Source: Trichosphaerium sp. ATCC 40318
Taxonomy: Eukaryota > Protista > Tubulinea
Assembly: GCA_038496445.1 (NCBI GenBank)
Contig: JALMLS010000447.1
Coordinates: 204,358 to 268,357 of the forward strand
Length of the DNA stretch: 64,000 bases
Direction: 5' to 3'
Of this stretch, positions 13,028 through 27,397 are shown piece after piece. Below the pieces are notes generated by a model, which worked only from the letters and a program-made list of their open reading frames with translations, ran no database searches and had not been told where the DNA came from. Numbering within the stretch: the stretch's first letter is position 1; each line of letters starts with the position of its first letter. A program made the translations under genes and the position numbers.

Positions 13028-14860
13028 ATGACTTCAAGAGTTACATTACTGGCATTGTTTATGTTTATTTATATCTCTAACAGTATGTGCGCAGTTGTTT
13101 CGAGATGTTTTTGGCAAAATACAACATACACGCTCCATAATGATACAGACAACGATTCATGCGAAATGGGTAATGTTTCTATGAGAAAGGACCTTTATTT
13201 TCCCCACTTATTTATTTTCTCGTAGGATTTAACCCTCTTGTACTTGACAGTATTATGGAAGCATCTGTAATGACTTTATTTCCTGTACGAGAGCACAAAT
13301 TTTAATCCTTTTATTTTATCTCCAAATCATGTGTTTGTTGTTAAAAAGGTTGAATAGCGATTACGTTTGAATATCACCACTTCAAACAGGACTGATTACT
13401 TTTGGTATGATAACTCACTTGTCAATACCATCGCTATGCATCTATTGGATGCATATAGAGGAAGCCCTATTAATGATACCAACTGTCCTACACTCCATAG
13501 AGGCGTACAATGTTTTTTCGCAAAATAATTTGTTGACGTTTTTTAATCTTTTGATAGTTCATACAAAATAGTTGTATTTCAGATCATTTCGTTTGTGAAG
13601 CTCCCTCTATCAACGTTCAATCAGTAACAACACCTTGTGTAAAACCACCAGATAACGTATCTTGTGATCACTACAACACCTCCGTCTCAGGTATTGAAAA
13701 CAAAAAGAAATATGATATTCTCCTTATTTTTTACAAACAATTTCCAGGTAATTGCTACAACCCTATTCTTTTGACTTATACATGGCCTGAAGCTCAAGGT
13801 ACTCTTGCGTTTTATTAAATACTCATCAATTACAATAATAATATGTTATCAATAGCACATTGTTTACAACAAGGAGGACACCTTGTAACAATCAACAACA
13901 ACGCAGAGCTCAATTTCGTTGGCAGTATAGTACCACTTGGTGTAACGCTAACACGTCAAGCATGGATAGGATTGGCAAGCGGATACAGAGATCACCTTGA
14001 CTTTCAATGGGTGCCTTAGTTTGTTTTCTTATTTAGCGAGTAACACTGAATGCAATCAGGCAGTAACAAATGAACCACGTGATTTTGGACAAGAATTTAA
14101 CGTATCCCCTTGGCGTGAAACTGACCCAGGAAGAGATGATAAAGAAAGTTGTGTACTAATACTCCAATACGAGGGAACATTATCATGGCATGATATAATA
14201 TGCGATTCAGCGCATTACTTTATATGTGAGATCGAATCAGCAGCTCCTCCAACACGTATGTGATTAAACATTAATATTTTATGAGTTATACTTACATCCA
14301 CACCAACAGATTCTCCAACAAAAGGTATTCAAGATAACTTTAATAATGCCGTAATATCGGTTCATCTTCATGGTGTTGTGAGGTGTTAGTTACTAACTTG
14401 TTGTTAGATTTTATACCAACTGATAGTGTTGTTGTACTTGACTTTGATGTTTCTATTGATGGTACAAGCGTATTTCATTATTTAGTGACTAACAGACTTC
14501 AAAGGCGAAGCAAGGTTCAATAACACAATAATTCAGCTGAGCAAAAGCCAAACAGTATTTGAAGTGAGCGGTTGTATACTTGGTCCATTTAACATTGATG
14601 CAACATCAATTGATGTACACTACAATTTACTCATTTTAGCATAACGTGGGTTGTAGGAAGCTTCAATACAGATATCGCAGAGTAAAGGATGTGAAGAGGT
14701 TACACCAATGGTTCTTTTGGATGGAACTCAATGTGATGAGCAAACAAGATCAACAACATCAGCTTTAAGTATATTCACAGTGAGGGTTTTCAAGTGTAGC
14801 ACTCAAACACTCAGCGTGTGTATTGTATTAATTCTTTTCATGCTACTCTTGATATTGTGA
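13028..14860 (+). CDS. Double C-type-lectin surface protein, copy B
   Basis: All exons splice in frame: MTSRVTLL...SCEMG / FNPLVLDSIMEASVMTLFP / ...HFVCE / ...WIGL / DPG...ESCV...WHD...FICE / stalk / DFIPTDSVVVLD...LLILstop. Confidence 0.9.
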
Positions 14861-15508
14861 ATTGAAAACACGTGTTAATATTAATATCTCAATCAAACAC
14901 TTCTTTTCTAATCAACGAACATTACTTCCTTGCGCTTGCTTTTTAGCAAAGCGTTGTCACCTTTGTAAAGGTATATAATGAAACTCACATAGTTCTTCTT
15001 TGTCAGTGTAGCTTCTTTGTCTCCACGCAATCACAAGATAATAAACGTATTACAGGAGACAAAAGGGTTGAAATATAATCACATCACTCATTCTACAAAC
15101 TACGGACAAATTGAACTTAAAAAACGCTTGTTTCTATCTCTATCAAAGCGCACTAAACGCTTTTAGCATGCCAAAGCTCAAACCTTATCGATAGGCCTAT
15201 TCAAACCATCAACAAATACAATTCTTGTACTTTGGGTAAGGATTTTACGAGATGTTTATATATCTTGATAGCTGACAAAGCAGGTACAGATATTATCTGT
15301 CTCATTCAAGGTTTACTATTATTTCCTATAAAGTGAGTTCTTAACACTTTTAGCAGCTCTAGCAAGAATTGACGCCTTTATTGTTTGGTTGACATCTGTA
15401 CCTTAACTCGCCAACCTTCCTTAGGTCTCAAACGTCCATAAGACAGTTTTACGCATTAAATTAATAAGATACGTATGTATTTTACTGGAATATAAATACC
15501 TCAAGAAC

Positions 15509-18500
15509 CGTGATAGTAACTTTGTCAACTTTTTTTGTCAATATTTACAATGTTGTCAACTTTGTTACAAAATGCTGTAAAAATTATTTTCAGCACGCAC
15601 AGCCAGAAACAACGTATTTGAGTTGAAAATACAGAGTGATGCCCGATTTAGAAAAAACACGTGTTGGGTTTTTTTTTTGCTTTAAATGTACCATGTGGTT
15701 TTACACGTATCTCACATGGTATGTACTACTACACCTTAAACAGTACATAGTGATGCATTTTGCAAATTTTTAACCCGTTTAAGGTTTTTATTTCACAACA
15801 GCAGCATATTGTACTGTAAGAGAGTTTTTGCGCGTAGAAAAGCATAGTGTAGGTACTTGCGAGATGGTTTACTTTATTATCTTTTGATTTTGCCCCATAC
15901 TTTTTTACAATTGGTGAAATATGTCTACAGTGCTTCTAACATACCATGAGATATCAATAGTTACTTTTTTGTAACATGGGAGGTAAGTATAACAAAAATC
16001 TGTAAACAACTTCAAGAAGTGTATACACAGCCTTGAACATTGTGTTATGAGCGTTTGAAAGATCCTACATCACTTAACAAGCCATACTTACTATTTGTGT
16101 TTGATGTTGGACGCTAATGAGCCACCATTACGGCCAGCAATACCATCAATAGGTAACGTCAAGCTGCTTGCATGGAACCAAGGAAACAACCCTGTTTTTT
16201 ATTGTTCAAAAGAGAAAAAGTGGGCTCGACAATATAGTCACATACGCCATGCAAACACACACAAAGGGATTACATGGTATTACCGTTGCAAAAGACGCAG
16301 GATTTGTACAGCTAAGTTACAGATTGTCTCAAGAGCTGGTAAAGACGCTGAACATGCTCAAGTGTTGGATATCAGACAAACAGAAGGTACTATAAACAAC
16401 AACAGTTTAATTGAAGTTTAAAATAACCAAAATTGTTAGGGCATTCTCTACAGTGCCTCCCTATTCCCATTCATAAATTAAAACTTGGAACTGGCGCAAA
16501 AACTAGCATTAAAAAAGATCTGGCACGCAAAATACCAAAACGAAGTGTGGTACGAAAAATGACATCAGCATCTATCACTAATTGTTTTTATGTACTAGTA
16601 TAAAGCTTTTTTACAAGATGAATCTAAAGATCCTCTTAATGGCTATGAGGTTCCTAACGCTAATAACATGGCATACCTGGCGCGTAGAGTGCACCACGAA
16701 AAGGATATGCACCATGAGGTATTGGTTTTTTATTATGCTTGGATTAACATGCCCACAGGTTTACTCAAACATTTGGATGATGTACCCCGAATCATCTAGA
16801 ATTGTTCAAGCCACAAATGATGTAATATCATTTGTCGAGCCAGATTGTGACAAAAAAATACGCAACCTTGATACCAGTGTCCTCTTTGTTGATGGCACCT
16901 TTGGCATTGTGGATATTAACGCTCAAGTACGTGTAGTAAAAGTAAACAAGATTTTTTAGCTCATATATTTTACTTTAGGTTTTGTTTTTTTGGGTAAAGG
17001 CTGTTGGTGAACACTACACCAAAGGAACTTGTATTAGCTTCGCCATTATGAAGAATAAAACACTGGCAGAGTATGAATATGCGTTTATGCACCTATAGAG
17101 TGTATGTGGTGCTCCTTTTGAGCGTTTGATGACTGACGGAGAGACAAACATGAAAAGAGGTACTTTTTTTGCCAACATTTGTTTTACAACTAGTAATATT
17201 TGTTTAGCCGCTACAAATGTACTGGGACCCTTAAAAATAGCCCAGTGTATTTACCATATAGCAGAAGCTCATAGACGAAGGCGAGCAAGGCTAGGATTGA
17301 AAAAAGAAGGGCGTGAAGAAGAGAATAGATGGTGTAAGCTTGTTTCTTCTGAGCTGATATACGAAAAAAATGAGAAAGCATTCTATCGTAAATGGCACGC
17401 CTTTAAAAAAGAAGTGATTGAGAAGAGCGATGACTGCAAACAATTTATTAAATACTTAGCTAATACTTACATTGAGGTTGCAAACGAAATAACCGAGTAC
17501 ACTACATAATTCATACCACAACCTTTTTCTTATTTTTTCCTTACTTTTCGTTTTAAACTTTTTTTTTTACTAGCTCTCCTCCATCTACTTGGGCTCTTTG
17601 GACTGTTAAGAATACACCTTGGGAGCACTGTCGAACGAATAATATCAGTGAGGGCAACAACTGCGATGTCAAGAATGTGTTAACATTTGAGGGTACTACT
17701 AAGCGAGCTTGTGATGTTGTGTTTTCTTCTCTGGCAAACTATGCAAAGTGCAGCTTAAAGGATGGCATGCATACAGTAGAAGGAATACCTGTTGGCACTC
17801 CCAAAGCTGTCACAGAGAAGAGGCGCAAAGAGCAAGCTGAGAAAATCAGAAAGCGGTGCATGTGCTAATGCTACATTAATTTTTGCTTATAATGTTGTTT
17901 AGTGAAACGGCTTAATACTCTGCTGCTAAAATTAAAAGCACAACAAAAAGCTGCAAGAGAAGCTAAAGAAGCTAAAAGAATCCAAAAAGAAAAAAAACAA
18001 CGCCTTCAACATAACCAACGCCTTACAGTGCCATTAAAGGTTAGAATCTTGGGTAAATTTAAGCTATTAACTTTGCTCATAGCTTCGAAAGAATAAAACA
18101 ATCATAATCAAAAAAAAATCAATGAAAAAATACCTTGCTACCAAACTTTAATAAACTTCATTTCCTCCTCTATTGTGGCGTTTACTTGTGGCTGATGAGA
18201 CGCCTGTAGTATATATATAAACGGTGAAGTTCTTGGTTTGTTTTTAAATAGCTTAGTTGTGGTTCAGGGCTTCATTTCTACCAACTACTTACTGATTTTT
18301 TGGTCAACTTTCTGTCAACTTTTTGTGTCAGCAATTATTACTGTAGGTATTTCATGAAACGTAATATTAAAGGTCTTTCAACCTAAGCAATATATATGTG
18401 CTTCGCAGGATATGCTTTGTTAATAATAAAAAAACAGCTGAAGAGGTTGAGAACAGGTTCACAGAAAGTTGACAAAAAAAAATTGACAGAAGTTGACATA

Positions 18501-18511
18501 TTACCTGTCAC
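15509..18511 (+). mobile_element. Mutator-like (MULE) DNA transposon, ~3.0 kb
   Basis: Direct repeat CTCAAGAAC at 15500-15508 and 18512-18520 (9-bp TSD; 8-bp reading also possible); imperfect TIRs rich in GTCAAC/GTTGAC; encodes a MULE transposase. Confidence 0.85.
16095..18096 (+). pseudogene. MULE DDE transposase (intron-containing) with an in-frame stop
   Basis: YYRCKRRRICTAKL..GH (WRKY/GCM1-like Zn finger), LFVDGTF, LMTDGE, QCIYH (CxxH), RTNNISEG (catalytic E); TAG at 17096-17098 in frame. Start codon not determined. Confidence 0.8.
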
Positions 18512-18618
18512 CTCAAGAACACTATGTGAAAAGACGAAAACAAGCAAACACCAAGTGTTCGTGCACAGTTGATAAGAAAGAAGTAGTTTGATTTTAACAC
18601 GTGTTTTCTTATTCAATT

Positions 18619-20446
18619 CTACAATATCAAAAGTAGCATGAAAAGAATTAATACAATACACACGCTAAGTGTTTGAGTGCTACACTTGAGAACCCTCACT
18701 GTGAGGATACTTACAGATGATGTTGTTGATCTTGTTTGCTCATCACATTGAGTTCTATCCAAAAGAACCATTGGTGTAACCTCTTCACATCCTTTACTCT
18801 GCGATATCTGTATTGAGGCTTCCTACAACCCACGTTATGCTAAAATGAGGAAATTGTAGTGTACATCAATTGATGTTGCATCAATGTTAAATGGACCAAG
18901 TATACAACCGCTCACTTCAAATACTGTTTGGCTTTTGCTCAGCTGAATTATTGTGTTATTGAACCTTGCTTCGCCTTTGAAGTATATTAGATAAACTGGA
19001 ATTAAATCAACAACAGTACCATCAATAGAAACATCAAAATCAAGTACAACAACACTATCAGTTGGTATAAAACCTAACAACATTGTTAGTAACTAACACC
19101 GTGAAGCTAGAACTGATACTAGGTCATTAAAAAGTTTTCTTGAAATACTTGTTGTTGGAGAATTTGTTGGTGTGGATGTATGTAAGTATAACTCATAAAA
19201 TATTAATGTTTAATTACATACGTGTTGGAGGAGCTGCTGATTCGATCTCACATATAAAGTAACGTGCCGAATCGCATGTTGTATCATGCCATGATAATCC
19301 TTCGTATTGGAGTATTAGTACACAACTTTCTGTAGCATCTCTTCCTGGGTCAGTTTCATGCCAAGGGGATACGTTAAATTCTTGTCCAAAATCACGTGGT
19401 TCATTTGTTACTGCCTGATTGCATTCAGTGTTAATCAACAAACGCTAAATAAGAAAACAAACTAAGGCACCCATTGAAAGTCAAGGTGATCTCTGTATCC
19501 GCTTGCCAATCCTATCCATGCTTGACCACGTGTTAGCGTTACACTAAGTGGTACTATACTGCCAACGAAATTGAGCTCTGCGTTGCTGTTGATTGTTACA
19601 AGGTGTCCTCCTTGTTGTAAACAATGTGCTATTGATAACATGTTATTATTGTAATTGATGAGTATTTAATAAAACGCAAGAGTACCTTGAGCTTCAGGCC
19701 ATGTATAAACCAAAAGAATAGGGTTATAGCAATTACCTGGAATTGTTGTAAAAAATAAGGAGAATATCATCTTTCTTTTTGTTTTCAATACCTGAGACGG
19801 AGGTGTTGTAGTGATCACAAGATACGTTATCTGGTGGCTTTACACAAGGCGTTGTTACTGATTGAACGTTGATAGAGGGAGCTTCACAAACGAAATGATC
19901 TGATGTACAACTATTTTGAATGAACTATCAAAAAGATTAAAAAACGTCAACAAATTATTTTGCGAAAAAACATTGTACGCCTCTATGGAGTGTAGGACAG
20001 TTGGTATCATCAATGGCGCTTCCTCTATATGCATCCAATAGATGCATAGCGATGGTATTGACAAGCGAGTTATCATACCAAAAGTAATCAGTCCTGTTTG
20101 AAGTGGTGATATTCAAACGTAATCGCTATTCGACCTTTTAATACATACACGTGATTTGGAGATAAAAAAAAGATTAAAAATTTGTGCTCCTCTCGTACGG
20201 GAAATAGAGTCATTACAGACGCTTCCATAATACTCTCAAGTACAAGAGGATTGAATCCTAACCGAGTAAATAAACTATTTGGGAAAATACACTCGGTCTC
20301 ATACCCATTTCGCACGAATCATTGTCAGGATCATTATGGAGCGTGTATGTTGTATTTTGCCAATAACATCTCGAAACAACTGCGCACGTACTGTTGGAGA
20401 TGTAAATAAACATAAATAATGCCAGTAATGTAACTCTTGAAGTCAT
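18619..20446 (-). CDS. Double C-type-lectin surface protein, copy C (close inverted paralogue of B)
   Basis: Same exon series as B on the minus strand; DPG...WHD motifs. Confidence 0.85.
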
Positions 20447-21438
20447 ACTCGAAGCTTGTTTTGAAAGTCAAGTATTTGGTATCTTTTAAAAAAATGTGAT
20501 CGGAAAGTTCTCAAATTGTGTACCTTGTTTGTTGGCCTTCAAAAACTCACGTAGCGAGTGTCTTTGTAATCTTAAGGCGTTGCTTAACTTATCGTAGTTT
20601 TATCACGTGATTTCTAAATTTGTTATCTTTGGTCTTGCATCATTGCCATGGGCAAATTACATTTCAATCATTGAACAGGAGCATCTAATAGTATAAGTTA
20701 CATACCCATACATTGTCATACAAATAGTTCGCACCATTTGATAGAAGTGTCAATTCTTGGTAGAGCTGCTAAAAGTGCTAAGAACTAACTTTCTAAAATA
20801 ATACTAAAACCTTGATTGAATTAGCAAAAAAAACGTTCCAAATTCGCACCAACTCCGCAGCTACGCTTGCTAGTAAACTCAACCAAATGCTAACTACTCT
20901 CCTATATGCGAAATACCGATTTAGACGCAAAGAAACTATCCGCATAATGTTACATTTTTCCACAAGTTGCTTTTCGGCCCAGTTATGCAACGAATGAGAC
21001 AGATAATATCTGTTCCTGCTTTGTCAGCTATCAAGATATCTAAACATCTCGTAAAATCCTTAGCCAAAGTACAAGAATTGTATTTGTTGATGGTTTGAAT
21101 AGGCCTATCGATAAGGTTTGAGCCTTGGCATGCTAAAAGCGTTTAGGACGCTTTGATAGAGATAGAAGAAAGCGTTTTTTTAAGTTCAATTTGTCCGCAG
21201 TTTGTAGAATGAGTGATGTGATTATATTTCAACCCTTTTGTCTCCTGTCATACGGTTTATTATCTTATGATTGCGTGGAGACAAAAGAAGCTAGACTGAC
21301 ACAGAAGAACTATGTGAGTTTCATTATATACCTTTAAAAAGGTGACAACGATTTTCTAATAAAAAAGGAAGAGTAATGTTCGTTGATTAGAAAAGAAGTG
21401 TTTGATTGAGATATTAATATTAACACGTGTTTTCAATT

Positions 21439-23268
21439 CTACAATATCAAAAGTAGCATGAGAAGAATTAATACAATACACACGCTAAGTGTTTGAGTGC
21501 TACACTTGAGAACCCTCACTGTGAGGATGCTTAAAATTGATGTTGCTGATCTTGTTTGCTCATCACATTGAGTTCCATCCAAAAGAACCATTGGTGTAAC
21601 TTCTTCACATTCTTTACTCTGCAATATCTGTATTGAAGCTTCCTAAGGTACATGTGATTAAGTTAGAGTGGATATCGTTGTTTACTTCAATTGATGTTGC
21701 ATCAATGTTAAATGGACCAACTATACAACCGCTCACGTTAAATATAGTATTGCCTTTGCTCAGCTGAATTATTGTGTTATTGAACCTTGCTTCACCTTTG
21801 AACTCTGTTACTAAATAATGAAATACAAATTGTACCATCAATAGAAACATCAAAATCAAGTACAACAACACTATCAGTTGGTATAAAATCTAACAACATT
21901 CCAACCTTAGTAAACATCTTTCAAAGACAATACCTGTTGTTGGTGTATCAGATGGTGCGGCTGTTGGCACTGATGTTGGCAAAACTGAAATGAACAATAT
22001 TGTTATATCTTTGTTAAGTTCTAACAATATCCTTACCTGTAGGTGCTGCTATCGTTGTAGGTACTGTTGGTGGGTCTATCTCACATATAAAGAGTTCTGT
22101 TCTGTCACAAGTAATATCACCCCACAATACCCCTGCAGTATAATTGCGCATGAATACACAATTTTCTTTGCTGTCGTTTCCAGGCTCATTTTCCTGCCAA
22201 GGTACTACAAAAAACTCTCTTCCAAAATCAAGTGGTTCATTCGTTACTGCCTTTGTATGTGTTAATTGATAGTAGGGTTAAGACCTATTAGTACCCATTG
22301 AAAGTCAAGGTGAGTTCTGTATCCACTTGTCAATCCAATCATTGCAGTATAACCTCGATCTACACTTTCTAGAGGTAAAATAGTTCCAATGAACTTATAC
22401 TCCTCATCGCTGTTGATTGTAACAAGATATCCGCCTTGTTGCAAACAATGACCTATTTGATACCGTTATTGATATCTACTTTTTCGGTAGTACCTTGGGC
22501 TTCAGGCCATGTGTAACGCATTTCAAAAGGATTATAGCAATGATCTATATTAAATCAACAAATAACGGAGAACGAAACAAGTTTTTAACTGAATACCTGA
22601 GCTCATATGCTCACAAGATATATTTTGTGATATATCTATGCAAGGTTTTGATACTGGTATAGTATCACTGGAGGGTGCTTCACAAACGAAATGATCTGAG
22701 GAGCAATTACCGTTTTGTATGATCTACCACAAAATAGGTGATTTAATACTGTTTGCAAAACCTATTGTACGCACGCCTCCCTGAAGTGTAGGGCAATTAC
22801 TGTCGTTTATAACACTTCCTTGATATGCTACACCCATAGCAATGTTATTGACAAGCGAGTTATCATACCAAAAGTAATCAATACTGTTTGAAGTGGTAAT
22901 ATTCAAACGTAATCGCTAATCAACCTTTTAAACAAAACACGTGATTTGGAGATAAAAAAACATAAAAAAAACCCACGTGATTCTTTCATCGGTTAGTTTT
23001 GTGGACGTACGGGAAATAAAGTCATTACAGATGCTTCCATAATACTGTCTAGTACAAGAGGATTGAATCCTAACCAAGGAAAATGTAATTATTACGGTAA
23101 ATAAGGCTATTCAGTTTGGCAGTTACCCATTTCGCATGAATCGTTGTCTGTATCATTATGGAGCGTGTATGTTGTATTTTCCCAAGTACACCTTGAAATA
23201 ACTGCGCACGTGCCCATAGTTATGTAAACATATAAAGCGAGTGCAGACAGAGCATTACTTGAGGTCAT
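21439..23268 (-). CDS. Double C-type-lectin surface protein, copy D
   Basis: MTSSNALSAL...; EPG...ENCV...WGD...FICE; stalk exon; LILLMLLLIL*. Confidence 0.85.
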
Positions 23269-23699
23269 ACGAGCTTTTGATGTCAGGCGTATGTAAAAAA
23301 TGTGATTGGTTTTGTTATATTTAAGACGACTACCGCATGCGTCAATCTTCAAACATGTACCATCGAGGACCTTTTTCTATGTACTTGACACTCAAATTGG
23401 CTGTTTCGTTTCAATACCAGAATTTATTGTCACGTGCTAACAAATGTATCGCAAACCATCTAAAATTGGTCTTATCACAAGTGAACATCTTATCCACTTT
23501 GCTTTTAACCACGTGATGACTTGTCATTCCAACATGCATTCTCCTGATGAGTCTTCGTTTACTATTTCCAAAATTAATTGATAAATAGTGAAGATTTTTT
23601 CAACTGACTGTTCTTGGCGCCTGCAAGAATCTAGCGTGTAGTAACATTTAAACATGCGGTATAGTTTAGTGGTTTTGAAAAGTTTATTAAGACACGTGA

Positions 23700-24894
23700 T
23701 CAAACACGATCAATCTTACATGCTTCTTCACAAGTAATTTGAGTGCCATCATAGTAAAACTCAACGCAATTCTCCATCAAATATGGTATACACTCATTTG
23801 TTACCAGACCACAGGAATTTACCATAATACATTCAGCTTTCGTCAAAGTCTTAATACCTTCATCAGTAACAAGTGAACATTCGCTCAAATCGATTACTTT
23901 AACACCTTTTAAGCCAACAGCTCTCACTCCAACATCAGTGATGGCTGTGCAACCTGAAACATAAAGAATGCTAATACCTGCAAGAGCTATGAGTGAAGCA
24001 TCTGTTATAGAAGTCTGACAAAGAACTGCAGAATAGCAACCTCTAAGTGCTTTGACACCTTCATCTGTTACACGAGTACAACTGTTAATATTGATCGTAT
24101 GTACACCTGCCAATGCCTTTAGGCATTCATCTGTTACAGGTAAGCGTCTTAAATTAACAGTATGAACACCAGAAAGCGTAAAAAGTCCTTTAGAAGTCAG
24201 ATTATTGCAACACGTGAGGTCTATTGTTTTCACTCCTTTAAGTGCTTCAAGACCCTCATCTGTGATAGCTGCACCGGCAAGATAGATAGTATGGACTCCT
24301 TTTAATGCTTTAATACCTGTATCAGTGATAGACTCGCAATTCTCAAGCAGTATAGTATGGACACCTTGAAGTGCTATCAACGACTTATCGGATATCTTAG
24401 TTGCTGATAAATCGATTGTATGGATCCTTCTCTTGTTGTTTGAAACAAGTGACAACACCCCAGTATCAGTTATCTCAGAGTGCGACAAACCAATGGCATG
24501 TATGTTGCTGAGCTCTGCCACACATTCATCTGTGATATTAGGAGTATAAGAAGCATCAACGTCTCGTACATTAGCCAAAGATTTAAAGTCCGAAACTGTC
24601 AAATCGTTCATTTGAGATAAAATGATTTTTGTGTTTTTGAGAAGCGGATTGCCGTCTAGTAGTTTTAATGCGCTCCTTGAGCGTATACGTATTTCACCAT
24701 AGCCAATACGGTGCCTAACGATGGTCGATAAGGCTTTACAAGTTTGAGCGGCTGTATAACGCAATTTGATATTGCCAACGCGTATAATAAGCGTTAGCAT
24801 ATCTATTGGTAGGTCCAGAATACATTGTGGACGCAAGTCGCTACAGCTGAGTTAAATGATGTAGAAAAACCCTTAATTTGCTTTTGTACCTCAT
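23700..24894 (-). CDS. F-box/leucine-rich-repeat protein
   Basis: ILDLPIDMLTLII (F-box-like) followed by ~12 repeats of GVHTIxLxxCxxITDEGxxAL; ATG AG plus one 5' intron (24841-24889). Confidence 0.85.
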
Positions 24895-25322
24895 GCTGGC
24901 GGTGGAAATCGAATGTAAGCGCTTTGTTGTGTCTGTTCGTTGATTAAAAGACATTACTGTGGCCGACTTACATCGTTTCGGAGAAAACGAGCTAAAAAGG
25001 GAATGTCGTTAATCTTTTTTATCTATAGTCTGGGTCAACCCTACAAGGATACACAAGCATGTTCACACATTAACCGAACGATCAATACTCCCTTAGGGGG
25101 TCTGGAAAACGTGCAATCAAAATCTGTTTTTCTGAAAATTAATACAGATCGATTGATACTAACGCTTGCACTCACCTATTTGAAACTCAGATTGGTTGAT
25201 TCGTGGCGGAAGTAATACTATTATTATTGTCACATGCCAACCAATGTAACAAACCGTCTAATAGTGGTACTATCTTAACATCAACTTGAAAGAAACTAGC
25301 AAATGACTTTTGAAATTTAATG

Positions 25323-27045
25323 TCACAATATCAGAAATAACATGACTAGAAGCAGTACAGTACACATAGTGAGTCTCCGAGAGCCACACTCGAAAATTGA
25401 AATATTTAGAGTGCTTAACAGTGATGTAGATGATCTTGTTTGCTCTTGACACTGCTTTATACCCAAGAGAACCATTGGTGTCGCTGCTACACACTCTGGT
25501 TTTTGTGATATCAATACCGAAGCAACCTATAAATACATATGTGATTAAATTCGAAAAAACAATATTGGTTTTACCCTGACTGACTTTACATCAACAATAA
25601 ATGTTCCAATAATACAACCAGTCACATTGACTATTGTATTAGTGTTTCTTATCTGAAGTGTCGTATTATTGAACCTAACAGTGCCTATGATAAAGAGTTG
25701 AGTTAGTACAACATACATTCCAACCACACAAGTACCATTAACAACAAGATTTGAGTCTAGTACAACAACACTATCGGGTGTAAACTCTACAACATATTAG
25801 TAACCAACCTGATTACTCACAATAGTGTTTATGTACGTGTTGGAATTTGTTCTATCTCACATATAAAGAGTTCTTCTCTGTGACAAGCTATATCAGCCCA
25901 TATTACTTTTGTAGTATCGTTACGCATGATCACACAATTTTCCTTAGTATCGGCGGTGGTTGATGGCTCATTTTCAAACCAAGGGAATACAAAAAACTCC
26001 CTTCCAAAATCACGTGGTTCATTCGTTACTGCCTTTGTATGTGTTAATTGATAGTAGGGTTAAGACCTATTAGTACCCATTGAAAGTCAAGGTGAGTTCT
26101 GTATCCACTTGTCAATCCAATCATTGCAGTATAACCTCGGCTTAAACTTTCCAGAGGTAGGATGCTAGCAATGAAATTGAACTCATCAGTGCTGTTTATT
26201 GCCACAAGGTATCCGCCTTGCTGTAAACAATGAGCTATTTGCTATAGTTATTCTCTATTTGTATAGCACAGACTTTTTTCTAGACCTTACCTTGAGCTTC
26301 AGGCCATGTGTATCTCATTTCAAAAGTGTTGTAGCAATGACCTGGTAAGTAATCAAAAAAATGAATAGGTTCGTCGCACACTACCCGAAATAGAGTTGTA
26401 GTGATCACAAGGTATATTCTGTGCAACCTCTATACACGGTTTAGATACTGGAGGTACATCACTAGAAGGTGCTTCACAAACGAAATGCTCAGTGGTACAA
26501 TTACTGTTGTGTACGAACTAGAAAGAAGTGAGATAAATGAAGATAAACTTGAATAATGTCACAGCACGAAATGCACTCACGCCTCTATGTAGTATAGGAC
26601 AGTTTGTGTTATTAATGGTACTCCCTCGAAATGTTATATCCAAAGCAATTGTATTTACAAACGAGCTATCATACCAAGAATAATCTGAACTTCCTTGAGA
26701 TATATTTAACCTTAGCTGCTAATAACGCTTTATTAAAAAAAGACACGTGATTTCGGAGATTCAATTAATTTTTGCCTCGTGGACGTACGGGAAATAAAGT
26801 CATTATAGATGCTTCCATTATACTGTCAAGTACAAGAGGATGGTAGCCTAAAATCGTAAAAACGGTTTAGCCTATTAATGATACAATCTTTATTATAACA
26901 TACCCATTTCGCATGAATCATTCCCTATATCGTTATGAAGCGTGTATGTTGTATTTTCCCATGTACATCTTGAAATAACGTCACAAGTGCTTGTAGAGAT
27001 ATTAATATACAAAAAGATTACCAGCAGGGCAAATCCGGAACTCAT
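25323..27045 (-). CDS. Double C-type-lectin surface protein, copy E
   Basis: MSSGFALLVIF...; EPS...ENCV...WAD...FICE; hydrophobic tail. Confidence 0.85.
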
Positions 27046-27397
27046 ACTTGATGTTTGATGTTATAATTATACTATGATTAGATCATTCCGGTACAATGTG
27101 ATTTCTAGCCTGTCATTTGATTACTAACGTGTTCGCCTTTCTCCATGGTACTAAAAGTCGGCTTTTCAAAACGAAGGGCCTTATCTAGGATCAAAAAACT
27201 TTGAAATCACGTGATTAATACACAGGAATATTATAAGATAGTTGAACGAATAAAGACACTCTAGTATTGTTGATTTTAACAGGATTTACTTTATTTGTTG
27301 GCCCAGTGGTTGGAAAGGCAATGTTGCTCCACAATCTCTTTCTTAGGACAAGAATATAAAACTGGTAAAGTGATGCTTGGACTAATAATCTTCGGCC

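Noticed and set aside
17096-17098. Stop-codon reassignment (in-frame TAG in the transposase plus a possible TTA-anticodon tRNA)
   Set aside because: TAA, TAG and TGA all occur at the homologous stop position of the lectin paralogues, and intact exons lack in-frame stops. A single nonsense mutation is simpler.
14060-19415. Diversity-generating retroelement acting on C-type lectin folds
   Set aside because: No reverse transcriptase in the window. B/C differences include T/C and G/A changes in both directions rather than adenine-only changes. The copies are whole intron-containing genes, not TR/VR pairs.
12700-20740. Lectin copies B and C as giant TIRs of a composite or Pack-MULE element
   Set aside because: The TSD and TIRs delimit the transposon at 15509-18511, so it appears inserted in the spacer of an inverted gene pair. 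No outer TSD was seen.
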